Source of the DNA: Stegostoma tigrinum
Lineage: Eukaryota
DNA length: 64,000 nt
Direction: 5' to 3'
Assembly: GCF_030684315.1 (NCBI RefSeq)
Contig: NC_081378.1
Span: forward strand, 16,856,575 to 16,920,574
Shown: positions 39,578-51,774 of the stretch, piece after piece
Layout of the letters: every line of letters begins with the position of its first letter
How positions within the stretch are numbered: the first letter of the stretch is position 1
The notes under the pieces: generated by a model
Told to the model about the DNA's origin: nothing
Database searches by the model: none
What the model saw: only the letters and a program-made list of their open reading frames with translations
Made by a program: the position numbers and the translations under genes

Positions 39578-41312
39578 GGATAGTCCCAGTTGGCCTCTAA
39601 TTGGGGGCCTAATTTGCCTGTTAATTAGCTTATCAAGATATGTGCTGGTCGTTGCAGATAGCTGTTCTGCTACTAACATGGGTGTCCCAAAAATGGTTTG
39701 GAGATGGGATGATGCCAGCAAACTGGCTAGTAATGAAATTATATCTCTGACTTGGCTCAGTTCCTGTGTCTTCACAAGGCAACACTCCTGCTTTCAATCG
39801 GTTTTGTAAAAAATTTAATTGAATTTTAGTCACATTTTTAAAATTTGTGAAAGAAACAGCTGAATATAAACTGGCTAAAACCCAAGTACAAACATGTACG
39901 CTGTGACACCGCCTACTGAGAACAAAATTGCACACCACACCCTGAATGCAATGCATACATAGAAGTATAAATTGACTGACTTAGTCAAAAAGAACTTGAG
40001 CTCTGCTGGAAAGAAATACATTTTGACTAAAATTTTTCTCTTGCACTTTTCAGAACAATTCACAAGAATACCAATCCCAGTAGAAAACCAATTGCATGAG
40101 AGTGCTGATTGGTTGGTAAGTGGACTCGGATTGGTAGAGGCAATGCCAAGGAGAACACATGTTTTTGTAGGAAATACTCAAATATAAATATACACAGAGC
40201 GCATAAACAGTATGAAAACACACAACTAGGAAGAGAAGATGCACATATATGCAATACTCAAATGCAAGTAGAGCAATGCAAATAGCACACAGTGTATACA
40301 AAAGGAGGTGTTTACATACATCACTACACCAAGCATAAAAACATGAACACATCAATGTATAAATATGACACAGAGCTGCCCAACTTCAAGATGGAACAAG
40401 TGAAATAAACTGAAAGAATGGTGGTGAAGAAATTTTTTGAATATTTTTATTTGTTCATGCGATTTGGGTGTTGCTAGCTAGGTCAGCAGTTATTGCCCAT
40501 CCCTAATTGCCCAAGGTGGTGTCGAGCAGCCTTATTGAACTGCTGCAGTCCTTGTGGTGTAGGCACACCTATAAAGCTAAGTTCCAGGATTTTGACTTTG
40601 TGTCAGTGAAGGAAGAGTGATAGAGTTCCAAGCCAGGACAGTGGAAGGAAACTCGGGTTTGGTGACCCCATGCATTTCTCGCCCTTTTCATTCCAGGTGG
40701 CAGAAATCACAAGTTTGAAAGGTGCTATTGGAAAGGTCTTGGTGTGCTGTTGCAACGCATTTTGTGCAAAGACAATTTCTTTTTATTTTTCATTATTTTT
40801 GATTGTGTACCAAAAAAGGAGAAGGATTGTTTTAGACCAAGTATTGTAGTCTCTGGGCTGTAAGGGGCAATTGCTTCCTCCATGCTTATTTTAGACTTTG
40901 TAGCAGTTTGAAACAGCTGAATAGCTTGCTAGGGTATTTCAGACAGCATTTATGAATCACGTGTAGGACAAAATAGATTTCCTTCCCTAATGAGCCAAAT
41001 TATTTTTACAACAATTAGCAATGGTTTCATGGTTGCCACTGGAATAGTTTTTTTAACATCAGATTTATTAAAACTAAATTCAAATTTCATTTGTCGAGGT
41101 GGATTTCAAACTCGTGTCCTGAAAGCAATAGCCTAGACCTCTAGATTGCTAGTCCAGTGACATTATCACTATGCTGCCACCTCCTTAAGACTTTTTCTGC
41201 ACTTTTTAGCAGTTAACAATATGCATATTTCAAAAAAGGTTCGGTACTCTAAAAAGCAAATCTTCTCTGTTTCATCTCAATGATGTATGCCAGTTGCAAA
41301 ACCTTTGCCTTA

Positions 41313-41318
41313 TTTATT
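41313..41318 (-). terminator. Candidate polyadenylation signal of gene B
   Basis: AATAAA on the minus strand about 60 nt downstream of the TAG stop. Confidence 0.4.
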
Positions 41319-41375
41319 TCAAATTCCTTTTTGAACAAGATAAACAATGATCCATGTCAATATTTACTGCGTGTC

Positions 41376-41501
41376 CTATTCACCAGAATGTAAGTAAAGC
41401 ACTGAACTGTAGACAATCTTCTCTTCCTTTTTCCTCACTTTCTGCTGCAAGTTTTCCAGTTGCAGTTCTGCATAATATATATTATTCCCGCTGCTCTCAT
41501 C
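41376..41501 (-). CDS. Gene B: terminal cytoplasmic exon with two ITIMs
   Basis: Acceptor cccatttttcag|, phase 0: DESSGNN-IYYAEL-QLENLQQKVRKKEEK-IVYSSV-LYLHSGE*. AATAAA follows about 60 nt after the stop. Confidence 0.85.
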   Translation of the reverse strand, partial: DESSGNNIYYAELQLENLQQKVRKKEEKIVYSSVLYLHSGE

Positions 41502-41674
41502 CTGAAAAATGGGAATGACATACAAACGCATTTATATTTTCTGTTCTCAATTTCTTGAGCACCCATTCCTTATACTAACTGCAAACTTTGAAAACCTGGG
41601 CTTGTTACTCTTTTTATCTCACTTTATCTCTTACTTTTTCGACTTTGCTACTCTTGTCACAATTGGGGTTTTAC

Positions 41675-41688
41675 CTTCACCTGAATTT
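41675..41688 (-). CDS. Gene B: possible 14-nt micro-exon (K)IQVK
   Basis: ttatttacacag|AAATTCAGGTGAAG|gtaaaa converts phase 1 to the phase 0 required by the ITIM exon. An alternative route would use a longer 43584-43660 exon. Confidence 0.45.
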
Positions 41689-42133
41689 CTGTGTAAATAA
41701 AAAAGTTTGTAGTGAGAGAGTTCTCCAGTTGAGCCAAGCAGACAGAGGTGCAACTCCAATTTGTTAATTTTAAAAAATATTTTGACACATTAACAACCAT
41801 TTCAGTGAGCCAATGGCTTATATCATGGCAACTGTGACAATCAAAATTAGTACCGTCAAACCAATCGGCGTTGGGTCTTTTATAGCTTCAGCTCCCATTC
41901 CCCAGTAATTGCAAAGACCTATAACTAGAAATGTTTGAATTCTTCTTACCTACATTATTCTTACATGTCTTTATTGTATCATTTCAGTGTCAGCTCCTGT
42001 TGGCAAACCCCTGGCGTCAGTTCCTTCTGGTCATCTGCTGAAAACTATTCCTATGTTTTCCTGGCTTGGCTCTGATCCTCTGCCCTCCATAAACTTTAAT
42101 TAGTCAAAAACTTGGCTATCCACCATTGACTTA

Positions 42134-43402
42134 GGGCAGCACAGTGGTTCAGTGCTTAGTTCTGCTGCCTCAAAGTGCTAGGGACCCGGGACCCTGGGTG
42201 GCTATCTGTGTGGAGTTCACATATTCTCCCCGTGTCTGCATAGGTTTCCTCTAGGTATTCCAGTTTCCTCCCACAGTTGAGAGATATGCAAATTAGGTGG
42301 ATTGGCTATGATAAATTGCCCATAATGCCCAGGGATAGAGTCAAAGAAATGTACAGCATGGAAACAGACCCTCTGGTCCAACTTGTGCATGCCGACCAGA
42401 TATCCTAAATTAATCAATTTGCATTTGGCCCATATCCCTGTAAACCCTTCCTATTCATATACTCATCCAGATGCCTTTTAAATGTAATTGTACCAGCCTC
42501 CACCACTTCGTCTGGCAGCAAATTCTGCACACCCACCACCCTCTATGCGTAAAAATTGCCCCTTAGGTCCCCGTTAAATTTTTCCCCTCTCACCCGAAAC
42601 CTATGCCCTCTAGTTCTGGGCTCCCCTACCCCCGGGAAAAGACCTTGTCTTTTTACCCTAACCATGCCCTTCATGATTTTATAAACCTCTATAAAGGTCA
42701 CCCCTCAGCCATCGAAGCTCCAGGGAAATTAGTCCCAGCCTATTCAGCCTCTCCCTGTAGCTAAAACCCTCCAACCCTGGCAACATCCTTGAAAATCTTT
42801 TCTAAACCCTTTCAAGTTTCACAACATCCTTTCTGTAGCAGGGTGACCAGAATTGCACACAATACTCCAATAGTGGCATAACCAATGTCCTGTACTGCCA
42901 CAACATGACCTTCCAACTCCTATACTCAATGCACTGACCAAGAAAGGCAAGCATACCAAACGCCTTCTTCACTATCCTGTCCACCTATGACTCCATTTTC
43001 AAGGACATATGAACCTGCAATCCAAGATCTCTTTGTTTACTAATACTCCCCAGTATCTTACCATTAAGTATACAAGTCCTGCCCTGATATGCCTTTCCAA
43101 AATACCACACCTCATATTTATCTAAATTAAACTCCATTTGCCACTCCTTGGGCCATTGGTCTATCTGATCAAGATCCCATGTACTCTAAAGTAACCTTCT
43201 TCGCTGTCCACTACACCTCCAACTTACTAACCATACCTCCTATTTTCATATACATCATGCAGACTAGGTGGGTTAGCCATGGGAAATGTAGGGTTCGGGG
43301 ATAGGGTAGGCGGTGGGTCTACGTGCGACACTCTTCATAGGGTTGGTGTAGACTAAATGGGCCAAATGGCCTGTGTCCACACTGTAGAGAGTCTATGATA
43401 CT
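42134..43402 (+). mobile_element. HE1-type tRNA-derived shark SINE, split by a CR1 insertion (~42336-43255, minus)
   Basis: Head GGGCAGCACAGTGGTTCAGTG...GGGACCCGGG, body GTGTGGAGTTCACATATTCTCCCCGTGTCTGC, and a tail resuming at ~43258. A partial related copy lies at ~58400-58570. Confidence 0.7.
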
Positions 43403-43618
43403 ATGCCTTCTCCTGCCAAGTCAGTCTGCGTTATCTGGCCTGGTGAATATGAACAACACTTTGTCAAATATGTTTACTTGGTGATTGCAGAAGACCCCTG
43501 AATAGGCCCAGGCTTTGAACTAGTAACAGATGTAAGATCCTAAATTATGTGTCCACATTGTAAAAAAGTAAGGTTATATTTACGATGCTATCTTGTCTAC
43601 AATGCAATCTTCGATTAC

Positions 43619-43660
43619 TTGCACAATTTCCATTTTGTTCTTGAGTTCTTCTTCTTCCTC
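43619..43660 (-). CDS. Gene B: juxtamembrane cytoplasmic exon (G)GRRRTQEQNGNCA
   Basis: Strong acceptor tttttattttatatag|GA in phase 1 and a basic RRR right after the TM. Donor GCAA|gtaatc, or a downstream phase-0 donor AGCATC|gtaaat at 43584. Confidence 0.65.
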
Positions 43661-43817
43661 CTATATAAAATAAAAATTATGACAAAGAAGAATATAATTA
43701 AATATTTTTAGATGCATTGATGTTTAATGATATATTTATTAACTTATTTTAATTGCACAATTTTCTTGATTTGATTTCCTCACATGTAACAAAACAGAAG
43801 TGAGAACTATAACCAAT

Positions 43818-45026
43818 GGATGTGAGTTTGCTCGCTGAGCTGGAAGGTTAGTTTTCAGATGTTTCGTCACTTTTTTTTTAATTTGAAAAAATATACTTTA
43901 TTCATAAGATGTACAAAAAATAAAACATTTATACACCTACCCAGTCATGCAAGCCTCTCCGGGTTACCCAGGGGGTACGTACGCCAACTAAAAGGAAAAA
44001 AATAAACAAAGAAGAAAAAAAAACAAAGCAAAGAAAATACCCCGGCAGTCGTCACCCCGCACAGTCCCCGATGGCCCCCTGACCAGTTGGGGAAGACACC
44101 AGCTGGGCCCAGTTACCAGATAGGGCCCTTTTTTCTATTCTGGACGAGGGGTTTCATACCGTGGTCTTTCCCCACCGCGCCTTGGCGGCGGCTGCCCCAA
44201 GCTTTAGCGCATCCCTCAGCACGTAGTCCTGGACCTTGGAGAGCGCCAGTCTGCAAGACTTGGTTGGGGTCAGCTCTTTCAGCTGGCAGACCAGCAAGTT
44301 GCGGGCAGACCAAAGAGCGTCTTTCACCGCCATGATGGTCCTCCAGGCGCAGTTGATGTTGGTCTCGGTGTGTGTCCCAGGAAACAGCCCGTAGAGCACT
44401 GAGTCCCGCGTCACGGAGCTACTCGGGATGAACCTCGATAAATACTACTGCATCCCCCTCCAGACCTCCTGCGCACAGGCACACTCCAGAAGGAGGTGAT
44501 CGACAGCCTCGTCCCCCCCACAGCTGCCTCGAGGGCAGCGTGCAGTGGTGCAGAGATTCCGGGCATGCATAAAGGATCTCACTGGCAGAGCCCCTCTCAC
44601 CGCCAGCCAAGCAATGTCCTTGTGCTTGTTTGAAAGTTCTGGTGATGAGGCATTCTGCCAAACAACTTTGGCAGTCTGCGTGGGGAACCACACGACGGGT
44701 TCCACCCTCTCCTTTTCCCAAAGGGTCTCGAGGATACTACGTGCTGACCACTGCCTGACGGCCTTGTGGTCAAAGGTGTTTCCCTTCAAAAATTTCTCCA
44801 CGGGACGGTCCAACTACTCGGAGCGTTCCGCGGCAACGAGGCCAGGCCCATCCTTCGCAACACCAGGGACAGGTAGAACCTGAGTAAGTAGTGACACTTG
44901 GTGTTTGCGTACTGAGGATCTACGCACAGCTTGATGCAGCCGCACACAAAGGTAGCTGTCAGGGCGAGGGTGGCGTTCGGTACGCCCTTTCCCCCATTTT
45001 CCAGGTCTTTGTACATGGTGTCCCTG
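43818..45026 (-). mobile_element. Inverted arm: Tx1/L1-type 3' end with poly-A joined to the Penelope family-2 tail
   Basis: Reverse-complement copy of ~49766-50985. The poly-T at 43871 abuts GTCAC of the hammerhead stem II. Confidence 0.9.
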
Positions 45027-45029
45027 TGG

Positions 45030-48000
45030 GCTCAGAAACCATAACCACTCTCCCCTACATCAAAGACAATTCCGAAATGACTGCCAGACTACTCGGACCT
45101 CTTGGCATCAGGGTAGCCCACAAACCCACCAACACACTAAAACAGCAGCTAATGAACTTAAAAGACCCTATACAGACAACAAATAAAACGAACGTCATCT
45201 ACAAAATACCTTGCAAGAACTGTGACAAACACTACATTGGACAAACAGGCAGAAAGCTAGCCACCAGGATACATGAACATCAACTAGCCACAAAACGACA
45301 TGACCCACTATCACTCGTATCCTTACATACAGATAAGGAAGGACACCACTTTGATTGGGACAACACATCCATCCTAGGACAAGCCAAACAGAGACACGCA
45401 CGAGAATTCCTAGAAGCATGGCATTCCAACTGGAATTCCATCAACAAACACATTGATTTGGAGCCAATCTACCATCCCCTGAGAAAAAGAACAGGAAATG
45501 ACATCACCAACCCAAGGAAACTTAACCAGATAAATAGAAAGCGGGACATAACACCAGCGCTTCGTCGGAAGCTCACTGATGATGTTACCTAGAATGGTGA
45601 CTGATTGTCTGGGAACAAACCTTCAAGCTCGGTGAACCAGCTTACATCCGGAACAAAATAAAGACCCACTCTTTTGCGGACCGAGAGGAGAAGAGCGCTG
45701 TGTTGGAGGTGGAAGGAAGACGTCGGGTTGGCTGTGCACCCTTGCAACCAGTGGATCTTAATGCTGGCTTCGGCCTAACGCTGGTTCAGGGGAGCAGCCA
45801 ACCTGCAACGATGGCTGCAGCAAGTGCTCGTGCCCCAGGTCAGGGGGTCCGGAACACCATCCGTGTTTCCGTGAAGAAGGTGGATGAAGGTGCACCTGTG
45901 GACCGCACCTTCTTCGTGAAGAGGGTCCTGTTGGACTGTTGCAGGTTCGCTGCTGCGGACATTTACTGCCTGCAGGATTTCCCCAGAGGAGGTTTCTATG
46001 ATGTAACCTCAGGAGTGCCAAGCTTTGCGAGCGCTTCCTGGAGGTTTTCAAGGAGAAAGGGGGTGAAGGCCCCCTCTCTGTACTGACCGCTGTTCCGCTG
46101 TTTGTGATGCCAGTGCAAAGGAGCCGTATGGTGACTGTACACATGTACAACCTGCATGTGCCAGCAGTTGATGTCCTGACCTTCCTTGGAAGGTACGTGA
46201 AGGTGGAAGGGGACCTAACTGACATCATGGACCCCTTTGGCCTCTGGGCCAGTAAGAGGCAGGTCAACGTGACGCTGAGGATGGGCACGGACGGGAACGT
46301 CGTACACCCACCGTCCAGCTTCGCGATCGGCAGGAGCAAGGGCTACCTGACCTACGCCGGGCAACCTAAAGTCTGCCATGCCTGTGGTAGGTCAGGTCAC
46401 GTGGCGGCCGACTGCAAAGCCACCATCTGCAGGAACTGCAGGGAGGAGGGACACCTTGCAAAGGATTGCCCACAAGAAAAAAGCTGCAACTTTTGCGGGG
46501 AAGCGGGCCACCTCTATAGGGCATGCCCGCGGCAGGGGACCACCTACGCCCAGGTCGCCGGCAGGGGCAATGCGGGGCCAGCCCCCCCGGGAGGAGAGGA
46601 AGGCACCAGGGCCCTGCAAGGACCCCACTAATGTGCAGGATGGCCAGGTCATGCAGGAGGGCCCAGCCCCGCAGGATGGGCCCGAGGCCAGCGAAGCGTC
46701 CCTCCAGGCTCCGCTCCCCCCTGACAACCCGGAGTCGATGGAGGCAGCAACAGGCGACCCAGGGGAGTGGACGACAGTCCGGAAAGCGAGGATGAAGGCG
46801 CGTCGGCGGGCCCAGGAACCACAACCATCAGGCGGGAAGAGGCAGCTACAGGGGGGCTATAAGAGCTCCTCTGACAAGGGGGATTCGGAGAGGGCCTGCC
46901 CGAAGCAGAAGTTAAAGATCTCCAGGGAGAAGGAAAGCAGCACCCCACTTCCAGGTGACGGAGGCATCCTGATGCTCCCTCCAACACCCAGTCACATGCC
47001 GCTGGGGCACTGGAGGGCCCCCTGGAACTTCCAGGTGGGAAGAAGGAAACAGCGCGTCCCCAGCCTGACCCAGAGCCGGACTCTCCTGCCTCCATACCCC
47101 TGACGGGGGGATGCCACCCGGAAGGCAGCACAGACGGTTTCCTGAGCCCAGAGAGCGTCCAGCAGTTAGCCCGGGTAATGGGTATGAAGGGACAGATGGA
47201 GGGGCTGGACCTTGGACTTGGGGCGGGTACTGCGGTCACTGCCCACAATGGGGGTACGAGTTGCGAGCATTAATGTGCGCAGCGTCAAGTCCACCGCAAG
47301 ATGTGTGTCCACGTTGGCCTACCTGACCACCGTCAAGGCGGACCTCCTGTTTCTGCAGGAGTGCGGGATACCGCACCTCAGCAGGTACGGGAAATGGTCC
47401 GGCGCCTGGACCCGTGGGCCTTCGATCTGGTCGGGGGGTAACAACTGTCGCTCCTCGGCCTGGCTATTCTGCTGCGGCGGCGTGACTTCACCATCTCTCA
47501 AGTTCAGGAGGTGGTGTGGGGGCACCTCCTAGTGGCTGACATCACCTACAGGAACGGTCCCCTGAGGCTGATCAACGTGTACGCCCCAGCGGTACGGAGT
47601 GAGCGATTGGCCGTCCTGCAGCGGCTTCCACCCCTGCTGGCTACGTCCAGGCCGGTCATCCTAGGCGGAGACTTCAACTGCATCATCGATGCAAATAGAA
47701 GATCCGGCGTGGGGACAGCGGGTGGGGGGAGTCAAATGGACGTCACGTCCAGATTCCTAATGGGCACGGTGAAGGACGCCAAGCTGCTCGACGTCTTCAG
47801 CACCCCTGCAGACGGAGTGCAGCGCAGGTACACTTGGTCGCGGCCAGATGGGTCTATTCGCTCAAGGATAGACTTCCTGTTTGTGTCACAGGTGTTCTCG
47901 GTCAGGTCCACCGGCATCGAGCCGGTGTTCTTGTCTGACCACTGCCTCCTGCTGGCTGACTGACACTTACAGGATGACCAGCCGGCCGGCAAGGGGACGT

Positions 48001-51000
48001 GGAAGCTCAACACGACTCTGTTGACCCCAGAGAACGTTGAGGAGCTTAAGAGGGAGTACGCCGGTTGGAGAACCTTGAAACCCCTCTTTGAGTCTCCAGG
48101 CAACTGGTGGGAGATGGTGAAGGAGACATCAAGAGGTTCTTTGTCATCAAGGGTGTTCGGAAGGCAAGAGAGAGGCAGGGAAAGCTGTCGCGACTCCAGA
48201 AAAGGGTGCAGAACCTGCTCCTTCTGCAGTTGATGGCGGTCAATGTCACGGAGGACCTCTGCGAGGTGAGGGGCCAGCAAGCCTCGCTCTTCGCTGCGGA
48301 GGCCTCCAGGATAATCTTCCGATCCAGGGTCTGCTCCGTGGAGCAGGACGAGACGTGCTCGCGTTTCTTCTTTCAGAAGGTGCACAAAGAGATCTCTGTG
48401 CTTAGCCGGCTGAAGGAGGATGACGGCTTGGTGACGTCGTCTCAGCCCGACATTTTGAAGATCAGCAGATCCTTCTATGCTGGACTGTACAACACGAAGC
48501 CCATGGACAGCACGGCCTCCGAGTCATTCCTGTCGTCTATCATGGAGGTCTTAGACAACGGCACGAGGGAGTGGCTGGACCGGCCGATATCCCTGGATGA
48601 GTTGACCAGAGCCCTCAAGTCCTTGGAGAGGAATAAGACTCCCGGGAGTGACGGCTTACTGGTCGAGCTGTATTCCGCTCTGTGGGACCTGGTTGGCCAG
48701 GACCTGCTGGAGGTGTACGATAGTGCGCATTGGGCAGGGGAAATGTGCAAGTCCATGAGGAAGGGCATCATCACCCTCATTTACAAGAGGAAGGGGGAGA
48801 GGGAAGAAATTAAGAATTGGTGTCCCAATTCACTATTGAACGTGGACTACAAAATCCTGGCCAAGGTCATAGCCAACCGGGTCAGGTCTGTCCTGGAGTC
48901 AGTGATTCACCCTGACCAAACCTGTGCTTTGCTGGGCAGGAAGATCGCTGACAGCAATGCAGTCATCAGGGATACAATCGCCTACGTGCAGGACAGGCGG
49001 GTGGACACCTGCCTCGTCAGCCTGACCAGGAGAAGGCCTTCGACAGGGTCTCTCATGCTTACATGAGGGACGTCCTCTCCAAATTGGGGTTCGGGGAGGG
49101 CATCTGCAATTGGATCCGGCTGCTCTACACCAACATCGTTAGCGCAGTCTCGATCAACGGGTGGGAATCGGACAGTTTTCCCGTCAGATCTGGAGTCAGG
49201 CAGGGCTGCCCGCTCTCTCCTGCCTTGTTCGTGTGCTGTGTGGAGCCCTTCGCCGCATCCATCAGGAAGGACATGAGCCTGAAGGGTGTGACTATCCCAG
49301 GCAGCGGAGGCCTTCAGGTCAAGACCTCCCTGTACACGGACGACGTCGCCGTCTTCTGCACCGATCGTCCGTCGGTGAGTAGGCTGTTGGACATCTGCGG
49401 CCAGTTGGAACAAGCCTCGGGTGCCAAAGTCAATAGGGGTAAGAGCGAGGTCATGTTCTTCGGGAACTGGGACGACCGCTCCTTCATCCCCTTCTCCGTC
49501 AGGACAGACTACCTGAAGGTGCTGGGTGTTTGGTTCGGTGGAGCTGGGGCGTGCACTAAGACTTGGGAGGAGCGTATCACCAAACTGAAGCAGAAGCTGG
49601 GCAGGTGGACGCTCCGGTCCCCTTCCGTTGCAGGTAAGAACCTGGTTGTCAGGTGCGAGGGGCTTTCGGTACTGTTGTATGGACGCAGGCCTGGCCTATT
49701 CCCTGGACCTGCGCCGCTGCGGTCACCCGGGCCTTCATTTGGGGGTTGAGGATGGACCGGGTCTGCAGGGACACCATGTACAAAGACCTGGAAAATGGGG
49801 GAAAGGGCGTACCGAACGCCACCCTCTCCCTGATGGCTACCTTTGTGTGTGGCTGCATCAAGCTGTGCGTAGATCCTCAGTACGCAAATACCAAGTGTCA
49901 CTACTTACTGAGGTTCTACCTGTCCCCGGTGTTGCGAAGGATGGGCCTGGCCTCGCTGCCGCGGAACGCTCCGAGTATTTGGACCGTTCCGTACCAGCTG
50001 TCCTTCGTGGAGAAATTTTTGAAAGGAAACACCTTTGACCACAAGGCCGTCAGGCAGTGGTCAGCACGTAGTATCCTCAAGACCCTTCGGGAAAAGGAGA
50101 GGGTGGATCCCGTCGTGTGGTTCCCCACACAGACTGCCAAAGTCGTTTGGCAGAATGCCTCATCGCCAGAACTTTCAAACAAGCACAAGGACATTGATTA
50201 GCTGGCGGTGAGAGGGGCTCTGCCAGTGAGATCCTTTATGCATGCCCGGAATCTCTGCGCCACGCACGCCGCCCTCGAGGTGGCTGCGGGGGGGACGAGT
50301 CTGTCGATCACCTCCTTGAGTGTGCCTATGTGCAGGAGGTCTGGAGGGGGATGCAGTGGTATTTGTCGAGGTTCGTCCCGAGCAGCTCTGTGACGCGGGA
50401 CTCCGTGCTCTACGGGCTGTTTCCCGGGACACACATTGAGACCAACATCAACTGCGCCTGGAGGACCATCATTGCGGTGAAAGACGCTCTTTGGTCTGCC
50501 CGCAACTTGCTGGTCTGCCAGCTGAAAGAACTGACCCCAACCGAGTGTTGCAGACTGGCGCACTTCAAGGTCCAGGACTACGTGCTGAGGGACGTGCTAA
50601 AGCTTGGGGCAGCCGCTACCAAGGCGCGGTGGGGAAAGACCACGGTATGAAACCCCTCGTCCAGAATAGTAAAAAGAGCCTTATTTGGTAACTGGACCCA
50701 GCTGGCGCCTTCCCCAACTGGTCAGGAGGCCAACAGGGACTGTGCAGGGTGACGACTGCCGGGGTAGGTTTTTTGCTTTGCTTTTTTTTCTTCTTTGTTT
50801 GTTTTTTTCCTTTAGTTGTTGTACGTACCCCCTGGGTAACCCGGAGAGGCTTGCATGACTGGGTAGGTGTATAAGTATGTTTTTTTTTGTACATCTTATG
50901 AATAAAGTATATTTTTTCAAATAAAAAAAAGGTGACGAAACGTCTGAAAACTAACCTTCCAGCTCAGCGAGCAAACTCACATCCAGAACCTCAACCTGAG

Positions 51001-51024
51001 CTACAAATCATCTCAAAACACGCT
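45030..51024 (+). mobile_element. Penelope family-2 copy interrupted at 45601/50931
   Basis: Near-identical to 7483-8128. The whole 43818-51024 composite is flanked by the 13-bp TSD AACTATAACCAAT (43805-43817 and 51025-51037). Confidence 0.9.
45602..50930 (+). mobile_element. Full-length Tx1/L1-clade non-LTR retrotransposon (disabled)
   Basis: ORF1 from 45811 with three CCHC knuckles. ORF2 47248-50650 with APE (SINVRS, LQE, GDFN, RID, SDH), RT (GVRQGCPLSP, YTDD) and a C-terminal Cys-rich region. AATAAA and poly-A; TSD GGTGAC at 45596-45601 and 50931-50936. Confidence 0.93.
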
Positions 51025-51581
51025 AACTATAACCAATATTAAGGCAGAAATGGCTCAGGACACTTTCTCTTTCAAGCATATCCTAAAATACGACGGGCAA
51101 AAACCATAGGGAAAACCCTAAATAAAGCATTTACAAATGTGCATGAAGAAAATCATATATTTGCTTAATACAATTAATTAAAGTTGGTTACAAATTGTGA
51201 GAGCACAAGTTAATGTTAACAAAAAGGAAGCTGGAAACAAATATTTGCGATTTATTAATCTCATTCATAACAGAATGATTTAAACACAAATGAAAAGTGT
51301 CTTTTGAATTATCAGTTGAGGACCATTGGTAGCCCAATCAACCAATTAACTTTGAAACACTAAACAATTTAGTTGTTACATCTGAAAATCTGATTTGAAC
51401 TAGACACCATTACTGAGTTGTAATAATTAAGCATTTCGTTCAGAAAGTGGAGGGGCAAACTCGAGTGTTATTGGAGAAGGAACACGTGGTACCCACCAAT
51501 GCTCTTGATGCCTTTAGGAAGAGATGGGTACCACACAGGATACAATACTTTACTTCCCCCTCCAAATCCATTTTGATTTAG

Positions 51582-51774
51582 AGATAGTAGGAACTGCAGA
51601 TGCTGGAAAATCTGACATAACAAGGTGTAGAGCTGGATGAACACAGCAGGCCAAGCAGCATCAGAGGAGCAGGACCCATTTCTGCAGAAGCATCTCAGCC
51701 CGAAACGTCAGCCTTCCTGCTCCTCTGATGCTGCTTGGCCTGCTGTGTTCATCTAGCTCTGCACCTTGTTATCT
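51582..51774. mobile_element. Penelope inverted-tail mini insertion
   Basis: Inverted arms; flanking direct repeat TCCATTTTGA(T/C)TTAG. Confidence 0.75.

Noticed and set aside
46104-46631. ZCCHC3-like zinc-knuckle protein as a host gene
   Set aside because: It is ORF1 of the Tx1 element: frameshifted and followed by APE-RT and poly-A.
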